Part shown: positions 52,173 to 64,000 of the stretch, one piece after another
How positions within the stretch are numbered: position 1 is the stretch's first letter
How the letters are laid out: every line of letters starts with the position of its first letter
From: the human T2T-CHM13v2.0 reference genome, Homo sapiens
Direction: 5' to 3' (one strand)
DNA length: 64,000 nt
Assembly: GCF_009914755.1 (NCBI RefSeq)
Contig: NC_060933.1
The notes under the pieces: generated by a model
Seen by the model: the letters and a program-made list of their open reading frames with translations, nothing else
Database searches by the model: none
What the model was told of the DNA's origin: nothing
Position numbers and translations under genes: made by a program

Positions 52173-55100
52173 TCAGCTTTCTGCTTCCTTCTCTACCTCC
52201 TCCTCCTTCACTGGAAGCCATCTAATGAGCCACAGGGAGTAAAGATGATACCCTAGATGATGACACCTGCCTGAACACATCTCTCTAAAGCCCATTCCCT
52301 CAAGTACGAAAGGTAAAGAGAGGGCACCTTCACTCTCAGCCCAAGAGGAGTTTAAAAATTTTCAATTCATTTCCTCTTTAACACTAGACAATTTTCTCTT
52401 TCCCTTTTTTCAATTTGCTTGAAGACTAAAGTTGTTTATCTTTTTATTTTTTTTGTGGCTTCCTACTTGACACAATGTTTTGAATCATTTGGCTGAGTGA
52501 AGGCTAACTCAGAAAGAAAAACTAGAGGGTGGTGTTGTATGTATGGCTTGCTGAACCCTTCAGTTCTTGCTCAAATAGATCTTACGCCTTAAGTTATGCC
52601 CATTACTTGCTTATGTTATTAAGTCACATGAATTTGGGATACTTTTGCAAGTGATACAGGATTTAACTCCACAAAAGTAGAATATCTTTAGAGTGTGGTT
52701 GATATTACATAAATTTGGATGCCCATCAGGTTGAACTATGACCCCTTTGTAACTTTATGTAACTGGATAGCCTGTCTTTTGATTCCTCTGTGAGTTATCT
52801 CCACTCACCTTAGCATTTGAATGAGATTCCACTGGACCTGCTTCATCTCTGACAGTATTGGGGATTACTAATTAATACAGTGATACCTCACGTTCCCTGT
52901 GAGACTCATATAACCTACTTCTCTCAATAAGAAAATATTTTTATACGACTCCGATTGTCTCATATTGCATTTCTTATTAATACTTCAGTGAATTTAACTG
53001 AGATGTCAGATGCTTAAGCCCTTTCATCCGAAAAGAAAACATGTTTTCTTAACTTATTTTACATGTTAATAAGTTAATTTGTTTTTACATGTTAAAAAAA
53101 ACATGCCCACAACAATTAACCAATAGCTAAAGAGATGCAAACCTAAATCAAGATACTTTTGTCATTAGCATTAATTTTTTGAAAACAAAAACTTTCAGGC
53201 ATTTTTTACGAAAAGTTTTGTTAGGTTCTTGGTTATTAACTTTCAATCATGGGATATTCTCAGAATAGGATTTTGATAAAAGACATTAAAGGAAAACACA
53301 GATACACATTCTGTCTCTTTTTCTCCTGCTCAGGCTTATCAACTTTTAAAACGGTTATAATTTAAACACAAAAAAATCTAACCACCCTTCCCCACATATT
53401 TATATATGTATATATAAACAATAGAAATTAATTATGATTTGGGGTATTCTATACCACATGGAAAAAACCTGAAAACAACTGTCTTGTTATGAAGCAACTC
53501 AGGTTTTTATGATATACCTGATTTTGTAACTGGGGAGAAAAACAGCATGTTTTCTTCCAAACAGCCTCTATGCAAAGTTTGTTCATGCCAATTCCAATCT
53601 CTTGTTATCACACAGATATGTATATACATCATTTTGCTGCTGGACATACATTGTAAAGAATGAAAAATTTTTTTTGCAAGTCTGAATTAATCTCCTGTTT
53701 ATTATTTATCTTATATTGTTGATTTTACTCAATATATTGCAGTGTAAAGATATTAAAGCAATTTAGAATAGGAGGTGTGCAACAACATAAAGTTAACATG
53801 GCAACCAAATTTCTGCTTTTTTTTGGTCCTTTTAGAACAGGCATAAAGTCTTTGGCTGACCCATCTTCAGTATGGACAGTTATCTTTTGAACTTTATTGG
53901 AATATAGTTAAGCAATTTAGTAAAACATAAATTTGCATTTTTGTTGTCTTCTAATGACTATTTTGCATATTAAAGGTAAAGTCTTCTTTAAAATGTGAAG
54001 TACTCTCTTGATTATGCCAGCTCTTTTCTCATTCTGCTAAGGCTATAAATAAAGCTTTCTATTTAAGGCTGGCATTATATCAACCCACCTGCTTCTGGAA
54101 GGGAGAGGAAAAAAAATCAGAATCACTCAACCTGCAGATTGCTGTCAGCTTGTGATTATGTGAATGGTAAGTCTTAACTTTTAAAGTGTTATGTGAGATA
54201 GCTGGAGGGGTTTTTTTTTTTTTAAAGCAATTTCCAGTTTAACAATTACCCAAGAATCTCAGTTACCAATGAAAGAAGACTTATCCCTGGAGAGAGCGTT
54301 CATTGATGAGGATGGCAGCAGCTGAGAAGTGACAGTGGTAAGTAGGCAGAGAGTGAAGGATCATTTCAATTGCTGCATCAGGAAAGGAGGCAAGAATGTG
54401 GGGGAATACCAAAGCTTTTCTCCTTCTGTGGGCTGTCTCAGGGGACTTTAGTTCCTGCTCTTTTTCTCCTTCCTATTCAGGATGTTCTCCAGGGAGAAGG
54501 GGATCAGGGAGGGAGAAGAGGTATTAAAGACCTTGGTAAACTTGAGAAAGGGCAGTCTGGGGCACATGCAAGCTTGTCCTGATCAAACTCCCAAATTTGG
54601 AAAGAGTAACATCAGCCCCAATCCTATTTTAGAAAAATAAACCTTTTACAAACATCTTAATTATGTATTTTGTTGTTGTTGGACACATTTTATCCTAGAC
54701 CATTTGTTAAAAATCTCACATAAGATAAGGAAGTTCTAGTCCCTACCTTTTTGAGAAGACATGCAGTTACACATACTGTTCTCCAAACAGGCAAACCAAC
54801 TTCAGAGTCGAAAACCTGTCATTAATTGTTGATTTAAAACCTTGTTTACTTGGCTAAACCTTGCAAGCCTAGACATATGGCCCCTGGACCCAGTGTTTAT
54901 TAGGTTAATTGAGCTAAAGAGCACAGCAATCAGCTATCATTTTATCCTGTACACCTATGTTGTAAAGCTGTCCTTTCCCAGCTGGAATGTAAATGAGAAG
55001 GCTCTTTTGGGAATGGCTTTTGAAGGTGAAAAGGGGAGCATCACTGAGAGATTCATGTCAAGTGTTTGCCAAAGTACCAGAAAACACCCTCTGTTGCCTA

Positions 55101-56664
55101 ACGAAAATAGAAAATTCAAAAATCAAACAAATAATATTTCATTCCTCAAAACTTTCTATACCCAAAGGCAGAATAATTCCCAAACTCCTCAATCAGAAAA
55201 ACATCAAGGGTTCTAGCTGAAAGGAATTAAAAGGTGCTCCCAAAGCCAACGGTGGAAAATCAATGGAAATAACCAGGCACATGATGTATGAGTCTAACAA
55301 ACAGGGAATGTTAATTATAGTAATAGAGATAATAAGTCTTTACCTAAGTGCTGAGTAGAATGAATGCCTTTGGTCCCAAAGGTTTTGTTACTAGATTCAG
55401 ATGCCACAGAATCCATTTGGGATAGCTCATGTGAGATATAGGTGACTGGGTCATAGAAAAAAGGTATAAAAAGGACTTCAGTGAAAGTCAAGGAAGAACA
55501 TAATCTCTGATTCTTCTTCAGGTAGGAGATAACTACAAAAATTGGCAAGAAAGAAAACAGGATTAACATGGGTCAAGTGTCTGCCTCCAACCTTCTTTAA
55601 AGTCTTGATATATCTTTATGTTTGGTCTTAGACTTCTAAGCTGAAAATTATGTAATTTTTTTCTTTCCTAGAAACCCTCAAGACATATGCAGTGTTGAAT
55701 GGCTTCTGAGTACATCCCCTGAAGTTAAAACAAATGTCTTGACACAGAGATGAAGAGAGACCCTGGAAATACAAGTTAATTTACATGGGACTTTACTCAA
55801 TTTTATTTCTCCAAGATCACATTCTCTCTTTTGTTCCTCTGATATAAAAATACATGTGTTTGTACCAGAGTAAAGTGACAAAAGTCAGGCCTCAATGCAA
55901 ATGACATTTAAATAATCATTTTTTAAAGAGTCACAGAAGACTGCAACTTCTGGACTCCTGTAAGAACTGAGGAACACAGAATATTTGACAGAATAATGAA
56001 AAAAGAATCCATCCTAAATACTGTAGGGCAACTTCTGAATGTGTTTTTCCTACTAGGGAGTTGTCAGTAACAAGCAAAATTTCTGAGAAAGTTGAGCAAA
56101 ACCAGAGTGGAATGAAAACCAACTGGAGTGAAATGCTGAGTCAAACAACAGTATTTCTTTCTGGGATACTTTGAAACAAAGCCTCTGGGAAGAAAATGAC
56201 TCAGAGATGTCATATTTAAGTGAGTAGTTGGCCCCTGTGCTGGTATGAGCTGTTATGCTCTACCATGGTCTAGTTGATATAACAAAGAGGTAATCAGAAG
56301 CCATGAGGGAAAATTCATTAACCCTTTTGTGAAACTGAGTACTAAAGCACCAGCATTTCACTCAATGGATACCAGAGCTTTGCACGCACAAAAAGAACCC
56401 AAGATCTGCTCAGATAGTGAGAGTGTAGAAAATTAAATGTCTATTCAATTACCTCTTAATCCATTGCTATGATGGATGCTTCAGGCAAAAAGTAGCCAAT
56501 TCCCCTGAAAATATCTGGTCAATATACTTTTATGATCTAAGCACTGACACAGTCAATATTTTTTTGGTAGTCTATCGGAGGCCAATTCAAACAGTAATTT
56601 TACTCTTATTGGAAACATTAGGTTTAGGAATACGTCACAAGAGTATTACTCTAGTCTGAAGTAG

Positions 56665-56957
56665 ACCAACCGGGGTTCTATGGAGCTCTAGTTTTTGAAA
56701 ATGTTAACAGTTATAGCACGAAAAGAAGTGCTTTCTGCTCATATAAATTAGTGAAGCCTGAAGATAAACAATATTAAACAGGATTCCTGTTTACAGGACT
56801 TTTCAGAGGATTTATTAGGCTCATATAGATTTTGAATCTCTAAAGGTGGTTACAGAATGCATTTCCCTGATAGACTGGTCAACAGGACTTTTTTGGAAGA
56901 ATGCTTAGAAATATCTTAAATAACTATTATTCCATAGATCAGAGTATGGGACCGCTG
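56665..56957. mobile_element. MER103-like hAT-Charlie relic
   Basis: taaacaatattaaacaggattcctgtttacaggacttttcagaggatttattaggct...tgaatctct resembles the MER103C consensus as recalled. Confidence 0.55.
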
Positions 56958-58639
56958 AGAAAATCCATTCTCTTTTCTTCCAATAAAATGAATAGTAACA
57001 AAATCTTTTAACTAAATCTTTTTCATGGATGGGTACATTTTAATCCAATTTCATTTCACTCAGCTGTTTTTGGCCAACTTTTATTTTGACAAAAGAGCAG
57101 TGAAAATCACAAAGCCCTCTTATTAATTGCTCAATGTTTCTCTTTTATGACAATTAGTTGAATACTACACTTCACACAATGCTGCAAAATAGTTTCTATT
57201 AACTTTTGGAAGTTTTTTTGAAATCTCTAACAGTTCATTTTTAAATTTGAAAGACCCCATTCCATTTGCACACAAGTTGGATTTGTGATAGAGTTTGCAG
57301 CAGAGCTTGATTTGCATTGTTTGATATAAGGTATTTGGCACAAATGGAAAATAAAATTCTAAAAGATCTATGATAGTCATCAGAAAAGTCAAATGAAAAA
57401 TGGCTTGAACAGGCAATTCTTCAATCTTTCATCATATTTTCCACCCTTTATTAGGGGAGAAATGGGTTTAACTCTGTTGCTATCCGATTGGCAAAATAAT
57501 TTCTGGGCTTATCCTACTTTTATTGGGGTCAATTTAATTTTATTAAAGTTCTTCAAAATTTCAAATTTTCAAATTTCAAACTAAAAAGCCAGCCTTTTGA
57601 ATGTCAACCCGCCAATCCAATATGTCAAGAAGCAAACCCCAGAGACTTTCTACTCCAGCTTACATGTTATTAAAAACATGACCTATTTTCAGATCCCTCT
57701 TGAAATAGGAAAAGTATAGATATTTCCTATCAGTTCTATGCTGATTAAATATTTGACATTGCATGAACACAGTCCACATTCAATTCTTTCTCAGATCACA
57801 TAACCATATGCTTTGAAAGTCATTCACTGAACATTTAGCCAAATGAAACTATGCCTGCTCTGAACCAGATGACTGGTGGTCACGGCATGACATCAGTTTT
57901 TAAAAACTGGGATGTTTAACTTTGAGTAACAGTCATTAATACAAACTGAATTGGATAAGTATCCTTGGGTCAGAGAGAGGAAAAAAAATCAGCACAACTT
58001 GACATATTTATGGGGCTATAACCTTGCTTTTTCCTCAGTGGAGAAAAAAAACACTAAATGGTTTTTAATCCACCTTGTTTTTTCTCAGTTCTTAGAAAAC
58101 AAGACAAATTCCTCTTTATTATACAAGATAATTTTCAAAGAAAAAACCAAAATCTAATTGGTAAGGAAGCAGGAAGAAACCCTGAAGTTGTCTATTCAAG
58201 GTAATATTGTGTGTACAGTATTCAAGTAGAGAACATCAGAGTGGCAGTAGCTAGATGTTCCCTTGACTAGCAGCAATCTAGCACGCAGGCAGCTATCATG
58301 TTTTAAACAAATCGTTGTTTGCATTAACATCATGTTATGTATGTATCACCCTGGTTTGTGTTGGCATCTGAGAAGAACTCTTTCTTATTCAGAGAGCTTT
58401 TGAACATCTGAATTCTTGATCTTAGCCACTGGTGAATATTATCCTATGGTTATTTGTAACCATTACCTCTTCTTCCATTTTCTATTAACCCGCTAATAGT
58501 GACTCTGGAAAGTAAAATCAAGGAGTGATTAAATGAATCATTTTCATTATTAACACCTACCTTGCATTTTACAGGTACATCTAGTGGTGTACCACCTTCT
58601 GGAGAAACCAAGGGCTTTGTTTACAGTAAACTGGTCCAG

Positions 58640-58769
58640 TGTGATATTATTACAAGTATAAAAAATATTCCATTCTGTATCAAAACTAGGCACATGCCTT
58701 TATTTATAGTAACAGAAGTTAACAGAGTTGAGCAGTTTTGCCTTGGGTCCTGTTTCTTGGCATCCTACA
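58640..58769 (-). terminator. LINGO2: Proximal polyadenylation site of LINGO2
   Basis: AATAAA (plus-strand tttatt 58699-58704), UGUA ~62 nt upstream (plus-strand taca 58766-58769) and a U-rich tract ATATTTTTTATACTTGT downstream of ~58680. Confidence 0.7.
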
Positions 58770-59445
58770 TCAGACAAACACATCTCTCAAAATATCTCCG
58801 CCCATAACTCCAGGGATCTAGTCTCAGGGTCATCTGTAGGTAACGGAAGGTGAAATCACACTTGGATCTATAGTGGTGAGTAACTAAAAGCACAACCTCT
58901 CATTCATATTGCTTTAAAACATGTACAGCATATATGTTTCAAAAAAGGAAGAAAAGAATATATTGATCTCTTTGTGGTACTGAACCAACAATATGGTATG
59001 ATGCAAGGCTTTAACAAATGATAATCATAGATACAAATTTTTCTGTAGAGTATGTTTTAGACAAATGTGTCTTTTTAATATGTAAATCCTACACTGTAGG
59101 TTGTTCTTTTTTATTTTTTCTTTTGTTTTTTGCAGTGGTAGAAAATGCTGAATAATTGTCCGTGAGTGTGAGCCAAATATTCAGGTTCATTACTGAGATC
59201 CCCAGAACGCCAATATTTGCAACGCAAACACTTAGTATCCCACTGTGTGAAGGGCTCTGACACATGCCTGCCTGCCTGCCTTTCGATGGAGAGTCTCCAT
59301 TGGAAGTCCTCCTGCTTCCATAGACCCTGCTTTTGATACAGGGGCAGCTGCACATGGCTGCCTCTTAATCTAGTAATTTACTGTGCCATACTGTCTTACT
59401 GATTACCCACATTGACAAAGAGACAGTAATGTGAGGGGTGGGCCT
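58680..59445 (-). other. LINGO2: LINGO2 proximal 3'UTR (~765 nt)
   Basis: Repeat-free sequence between the stop codon and an AATAAA at 58704-58699 that has an upstream UGUA and a U-rich downstream element. Confidence 0.75.
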
Positions 59446-61266
59446 TCAAATCATTTTCATGTTGAACCTCCTGGGTCCAGCTACCTCCCCTTCCACAACA
59501 GCACCATTGTTTTTTCTGGGCACATACTCAAGGTCAATGCTGTTTTTGTGCTTGCCTTTCCCTCGGCTCCACACAAAAAGGAGAAGAAAACAAAATAAAA
59601 CCACTCCCAGGAATGTGAAGCAGCCCATAGCTGTAGACACCAGTATTGTTTTAAGGTCCAGGGAAAAAGTATTGGCATTGGTGCCATTGGAAATGGTGTC
59701 ATTGGAGTCGGTCATGTACATAGGGGTCCTGTTCGCATAAAGAAAACGATCTGAAGCGAATCCTTTCACAGTTAAGGAGGCTGTGAAGGTATCATTCCCA
59801 GCAGCATTGCTAGCGATGCAAACATACATCCCGCTGTCTTGATCCTGGGCAAAGCGGATTTCCAAGGTGCCATCACCCAACACGGTGGCTCTTCCATTGG
59901 ACTTGGTGGTGATGAAACGCCTTCGGGGTGTCACCCAGGAAATCACAGGCTGCGGGTCTCCATCTGCACTGCATTCTAGCTGGACTGTCTGCCCTTCATC
60001 TACTAGCAGATGCTGCAACTTCTTTTCACGGATTTTGGGTTTTTTGCAGGTAAAGTAAAAAGAAAGGGCAGTGCTATGGAAATCCTTGAAAGACCTCTCA
60101 CGGATGGTGTCTGGGCCAGCACACATAGGTTGCTGGCCACCAAACTGCAGGGTGGGCTGTCGCTGCAAGATCCAGAGAAGGCGGCAGTCACAGGCCAGAG
60201 GGTTGTTGTTAATGCTCAAGACCTCCAGAGCCCTAGGGGAGGAGAAGACATTCTCTTCCAAAGTTTCCAGCAGGTTCTGAGACACATTGAGCACGCGTAG
60301 GAAGCGGAGCCCTTGGAAGGAGTGAGGCTCAATGGTGCGAAGCTGGGCCCCCACTATATGAAGCTCCTGAAGGCGGATCAGGTCAGAGAACATGCCTGCT
60401 TCAATAGTGCTGATGGGATTGTAGGAGAGGTTAAGGTGAGTCAGGTATACCAGGTGTTTAAAGGCAAGGAAGGGTACAGTAGACAGATTGGTGTTGGTGA
60501 CTGAAAGGGATGTGAGGTTGAGACCGTAGAGGCTATTGGCAGGCATCATATCCAGTAAAGGCCAATAGTCAATCTCTAGGTGTTTCAGGTGGAACAATCT
60601 TTTAAAGGCATACACAGGCATATTGTTGATATTGAGATGCTTCAGATGCAGGCTGATGAGGCTGCGGAGGTGGGAGAGGGCTTCTGTTGGTACTGCTGTT
60701 AAGTTGCATTTCTCCAGGGTGAGCTGCTCCAAGCTAAGAAGCCCACTGAATGCCCTGTGTGATATATAAACCAAATCATTGTCCCCCACTTCTAGAGACT
60801 TCAGGTTATGTAGATCTTGGAACATGTAGTCTAGTAAAATGACAATCTTATTCTCACTAATGTCAAGCTTAGTGAGATTGGACAGCCCCGTGAATACTCC
60901 CAAAGGGACCAGCTTTAGACGATTGCCTTTTAGGCGGAGGGAACGCAGGTTAAAGAGATTGTTGAATGCTCCTGGTTCCACATTGGCAATGATGTTGTCA
61001 CTCAAGTCTATCTCTTCCAGCAGAGGATATGATATGAATTCTTCAGGGTTGACGCTTTTTAGCCTGTTTTTACTGAGGTCCAAGATTTTGGTTTCGATGG
61101 GAATGCCCTCTGGGATGGCGATCAATCGCCTTCTGTGACAGCTAACAGATTTGTTCTGGGCAGAGCACTCACAGCGAGCGGGGCAGCCAATGGTGGATCC
61201 CATGAAGATTAACACCACAGCCAGACCCAGGAATGGCTGCCAGCATGATATGGCCGTGTGAAGCAT
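59446..61266 (-). CDS. LINGO2: Leucine-rich repeat and Ig-like domain-containing Nogo receptor-interacting protein 2 (606 aa, type I membrane protein), single coding exon
   Basis: Uninterrupted 606-codon ORF. It has a signal peptide ([27 protein letters not shown]), LRRNT cap (CPARCEC), ~12 LxxLxLxxN repeats, LRRCT cap (NPLACDCRL...PMCAGP), an I-set Ig domain ([17 protein letters not shown]...[11 protein letters not shown]), a TM helix ([26 protein letters not shown]) and the LINGO-type tail (LEYVPRK...RRFNMKMI). Recognised as LINGO2. Confidence 0.98.
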   Translation of the reverse strand: MLHTAISCWQPFLGLAVVLIFMGSTIGCPARCECSAQNKSVSCHRRRLIAIPEGIPIETKILDLSKNRLKSVNPEEFISYPLLEEIDLSDNIIANVEPGAFNNLFNLRSLRLKGNRLKLVPLGVFTGLSNLTKLDISENKIVILLDYMFQDLHNLKSLEVGDNDLVYISHRAFSGLLSLEQLTLEKCNLTAVPTEALSHLRSLISLHLKHLNINNMPVYAFKRLFHLKHLEIDYWPLLDMMPANSLYGLNLTSLSVTNTNLSTVPFLAFKHLVYLTHLNLSYNPISTIEAGMFSDLIRLQELHIVGAQLRTIEPHSFQGLRFLRVLNVSQNLLETLEENVFSSPRALEVLSINNNPLACDCRLLWILQRQPTLQFGGQQPMCAGPDTIRERSFKDFHSTALSFYFTCKKPKIREKKLQHLLVDEGQTVQLECSADGDPQPVISWVTPRRRFITTKSNGRATVLGDGTLEIRFAQDQDSGMYVCIASNAAGNDTFTASLTVKGFASDRFLYANRTPMYMTDSNDTISNGTNANTFSLDLKTILVSTAMGCFTFLGVVLFCFLLLFVWSRGKGKHKNSIDLEYVPRKNNGAVVEGEVAGPRRFNMKMI

Positions 61267-61301
61267 GACTCCACTTCTTAGTCTACACCTTGGTCACGGG
61301 T

Positions 61302-61348
61302 CTGCATGGAAGGGACACAAGAAGGGAGGAAGAGAAGGTGAGTTAGGA
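61302..61348 (-). promoter_or_regulatory. LINGO2: 3' splice acceptor of the LINGO2 terminal coding exon (branch point, polypyrimidine tract, CAG)
   Basis: Minus strand reads TCCTAAC-TCACCTTCTCTTCCTCCCTTCTTGTGTCCCTTCCATGCAG|ACCCGTG. The exon starts at 61301, giving 35 nt of 5'UTR before GGAGTC-ATG. Confidence 0.9.
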
Positions 61349-61374
61349 TATAAATAGGTGAAGGGGCATAAATA

Positions 61375-61630
61375 GGGCAGCAAGTGTAATGGAAAGGATA
61401 CTGGATTTGGAATCAATCAGATTTGGGCATAAACCTGATGGACGACCCTCTTAGTAACATGTTCTTGGTCAAGTTATTTAATCTCTCTGCATTTTAGTTT
61501 TCCTGGCTGTGAAATGGGGATAATAATGATAATAGTAATAGCTTCCCAGAGTTGTCATGACAATTTCAGTGTTTGACAAGTATAAAGATAATGTGTGACA
61601 CAGACTGTGAGACAACACAGTATAAATTTC
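61375..61630 (+). mobile_element. MIR in the last LINGO2 intron
   Basis: ttggtcaagttatttaatctctctgcattttagttttcctggctgtgaaatggggataataat core. Confidence 0.75.
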
Positions 61631-62479
61631 ACACTCAAAGGCTCAGTTTTAATTTAAATGAAAGAAACAGGTCAACAGCTAAGAAGAAAGCAGTTGAGTT
61701 TGAATCAGTGTCGGCATCACTAATGCTTAGGATATCATCCTCTATTCAAAACAAAGCTAACAGAAGTTTCATTCTATATCAGGCCTTTAGGTGCAACATA
61801 CAAAACAAAGTTATATTCAGTGCAAGGTGTTGGAATGTTTTTCTTCATGTATACATTTTCTACTTTTAACCTTTGAATTTTAATGTACGCATCTTTCATC
61901 ACTTAGCAAACTTTAATTTATGAAGGGATTTTCATATTTGAGGCAGACAAAAGATCCTCAAAGTATCCCTGTATTGTTTTTGTTTCTCATAGGAATGAGG
62001 CAGAATCAAGGTACAAGATGGCTATAATAAAAATGCTCTTTTAAATGATTTTGAGATAAATATTGAGGAATGGGAAGATAAATAATTTTCAGAAAAAGTA
62101 TCATTTAATGATAAATGAACTATCCCTCTTTCACATTCAGACAAACTCAGTGGACCCGTTAAAGTGAAATTAAATAGGTAGCAAATGAGAAGGGAAATGA
62201 GTATGTTTTAAATGTGGATAGTTTAGCAGATACTGAATCCAACTGAATAAATAAAAGGTGTATTACTGAGCTCTGCTTTTCAACTTGGGGTTCTCAGGGG
62301 TACACTTTATCCACGAACACAATATTTTAATTAAGGTTCAGTAGTTTGAAACAATACTTTTAGATAAAGAAGTATTTCATAAACTTCAACATTCATTCCT
62401 GAGCTGCAAAGGAAAAATTAGTAAAAAAATAATTATCCGATTACAGTATTTACATATATATCTATGTCTACAACCACAG

Positions 62480-64000
62480 TATGTCTATATGTAAACAAAT
62501 TTATGAATAAAAAATAACAAGTAGGATCAAACTTAATGGTGAATCACTAAATCACTAGAAAATTTTCCTCCAAATGTAGAAACTAGGCAAAAACCCAGAA
62601 AGTGCTAGCAAATCAATTAGATAGGAAGAGGTATAATTTTTGGAAAATATGTGGCAAAACTATCATTATTCACAGATCAAATTAATGTCTATCATGGAAA
62701 CCAATGGAAATCAACTAAAATGATTAGAACAGTAGAATAAGTGACTTAGAATACTACAAAATAAATGTAATTTAAAAAAAATTTTCTTGTCTACACAAAC
62801 CATTTAGAAAATACTATTGTAAAAATTATCTCAGTCATGGCATCTCAAAAACATCAAATCCTTAGTATAAACTTAACAAGAAATACATAGAACTAATATG
62901 ACAACTATTAAACCCTATCAAGAATCAAAATAACTAAAAGAGATATGTACTATGTAGAGAGATTAAATATTATAAAAATATTGATTTCTTTTTCCATAGA
63001 ACACACATTACAAAGAATAAGGTTTTAAGCTTGAAAAATTAATTCTAAAGTTCATTTGGAAGAAAACATATATGAAAATAATCAGAAACAGTAAAAAAAT
63101 TATGAAAACACCTGCCATACAATGCATTCACACATAAGATACAAAACTATAATAATAAATCAGCATGCTATTTACACAAAAATAAAGTCAAGAAAACAGA
63201 AAGTAAGGAATTATATCTAAATATATTTGAAAAGCCAGTTTATGTTAAAGGCGGCATTTTAAATCAGTGAGAAAAATACAAATGATTGGCTTGATATTTT
63301 GTGGGAAAATTTGCATACTAACTTTACTTCTTCCAATAAATTCCAGATGAATTAAGGATTCAAATGTAAGAAGAAAACATGTACTAGAAGAAAATTCAAT
63401 AATTTTATAGTATTAGAGTTAAGTAGCATTTTCTGTGAATAAAGTTAGAAACCCAGGAAGGAAGAGAATGATTGACTCTGTTGTACACATTTTAAAAACT
63501 TGGTATAACAAACAAATAACACACACATGTGATTGCTAAACTGGAGAATATATTTAAAACATATGTAATAGATGAAAAGGTGAATGCCAATAGAAAATTA
63601 GGAAATGAGTATAATAAAATTAAAAATAGCCAATAAGTATATGAAAGGGTGATTAGCTATTAGTAAGCAAAAGAAATGCAAATTTAAAAATAGGGGGTAT
63701 GTAGTTTTTGCCTGTCATATTGATAAAGTTTGATAATCATTTTTAGCCAGAATTAACAAGGGTAGAAGAAAATGAACATCCACATACTGATAAGGAATAA
63801 AAACTGGACATTAATTGATATACTAGATTTAAATATATCTAAGTTCAATATGTTAATTCTTTTGACTTTTTTTCCTATTTCTAGAAATGTATCATTAGAA
63901 AATAAGCGAACTACTATACATGTTTGTTACAGATTTGTCTATAATAGAGCAAAATGGAAATATGTAACAGTAGGAATTTAGTTATATAAGTTATAAAGCA
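62480..64000 (+). mobile_element. Degraded L1ME ORF2 fragment, intronic and antisense to LINGO2
   Basis: A-rich ORF2 phrases: aactatcattattcacagat; taattctaaagttcatttggaag; aaagaaatgcaaattta. Confidence 0.75.

Noticed and set aside
59110-59115. AATAAA ~330 nt after the LINGO2 stop
   Set aside because: Embedded in an A-rich tract, so more likely an oligo-dT internal-priming site. The 58704-58699 signal has better flanking elements. Minor use is not excluded.
59438-61138. Several plus-strand ORFs (63-100 aa) antisense to LINGO2 and short alternative-frame minus ORFs
   Set aside because: Expected shadows of a GC-richer coding sequence. Several use non-ATG starts and none has a recognisable domain.

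Overview
AT-rich, repeat-dense primate genomic DNA. The encoded protein matches my recollection of human LINGO2 (9p21), so this is the 3' end of LINGO2 plus about 48 kb of downstream intergenic sequence. The only credible protein-coding feature is the uninterrupted 606-aa LINGO2 ORF on the minus strand (61266-59446). It lies in one terminal exon with a clear branch point, pyrimidine tract and AG acceptor at 61301. A proximal poly(A) site lies near 58680 and a well-formed distal candidate near 48210, which would give an ~11-kb 3'UTR. The rest is a layered record of transposable elements: L1PA/L1PB/L1M, L2, L3, MIR, Alu, MaLR LTRs (THE1D, MLT1) and hAT relics, plus microsatellites. All other ORFs in the track are repeat-derived or random. 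I found no evidence of a new multi-gene system. The best second-look items are the long-3'UTR architecture, an L1PB with a short 3'-transduced tag, an AluYd-lineage insertion, an Alu insertion with target-site deletion, two local templated duplications (one with a micro-inversion), an 11-unit GGAA microsatellite and an ~80-nt hairpin. Repeat family names are from recall of consensus sequences, and boundaries of old elements are approximate.
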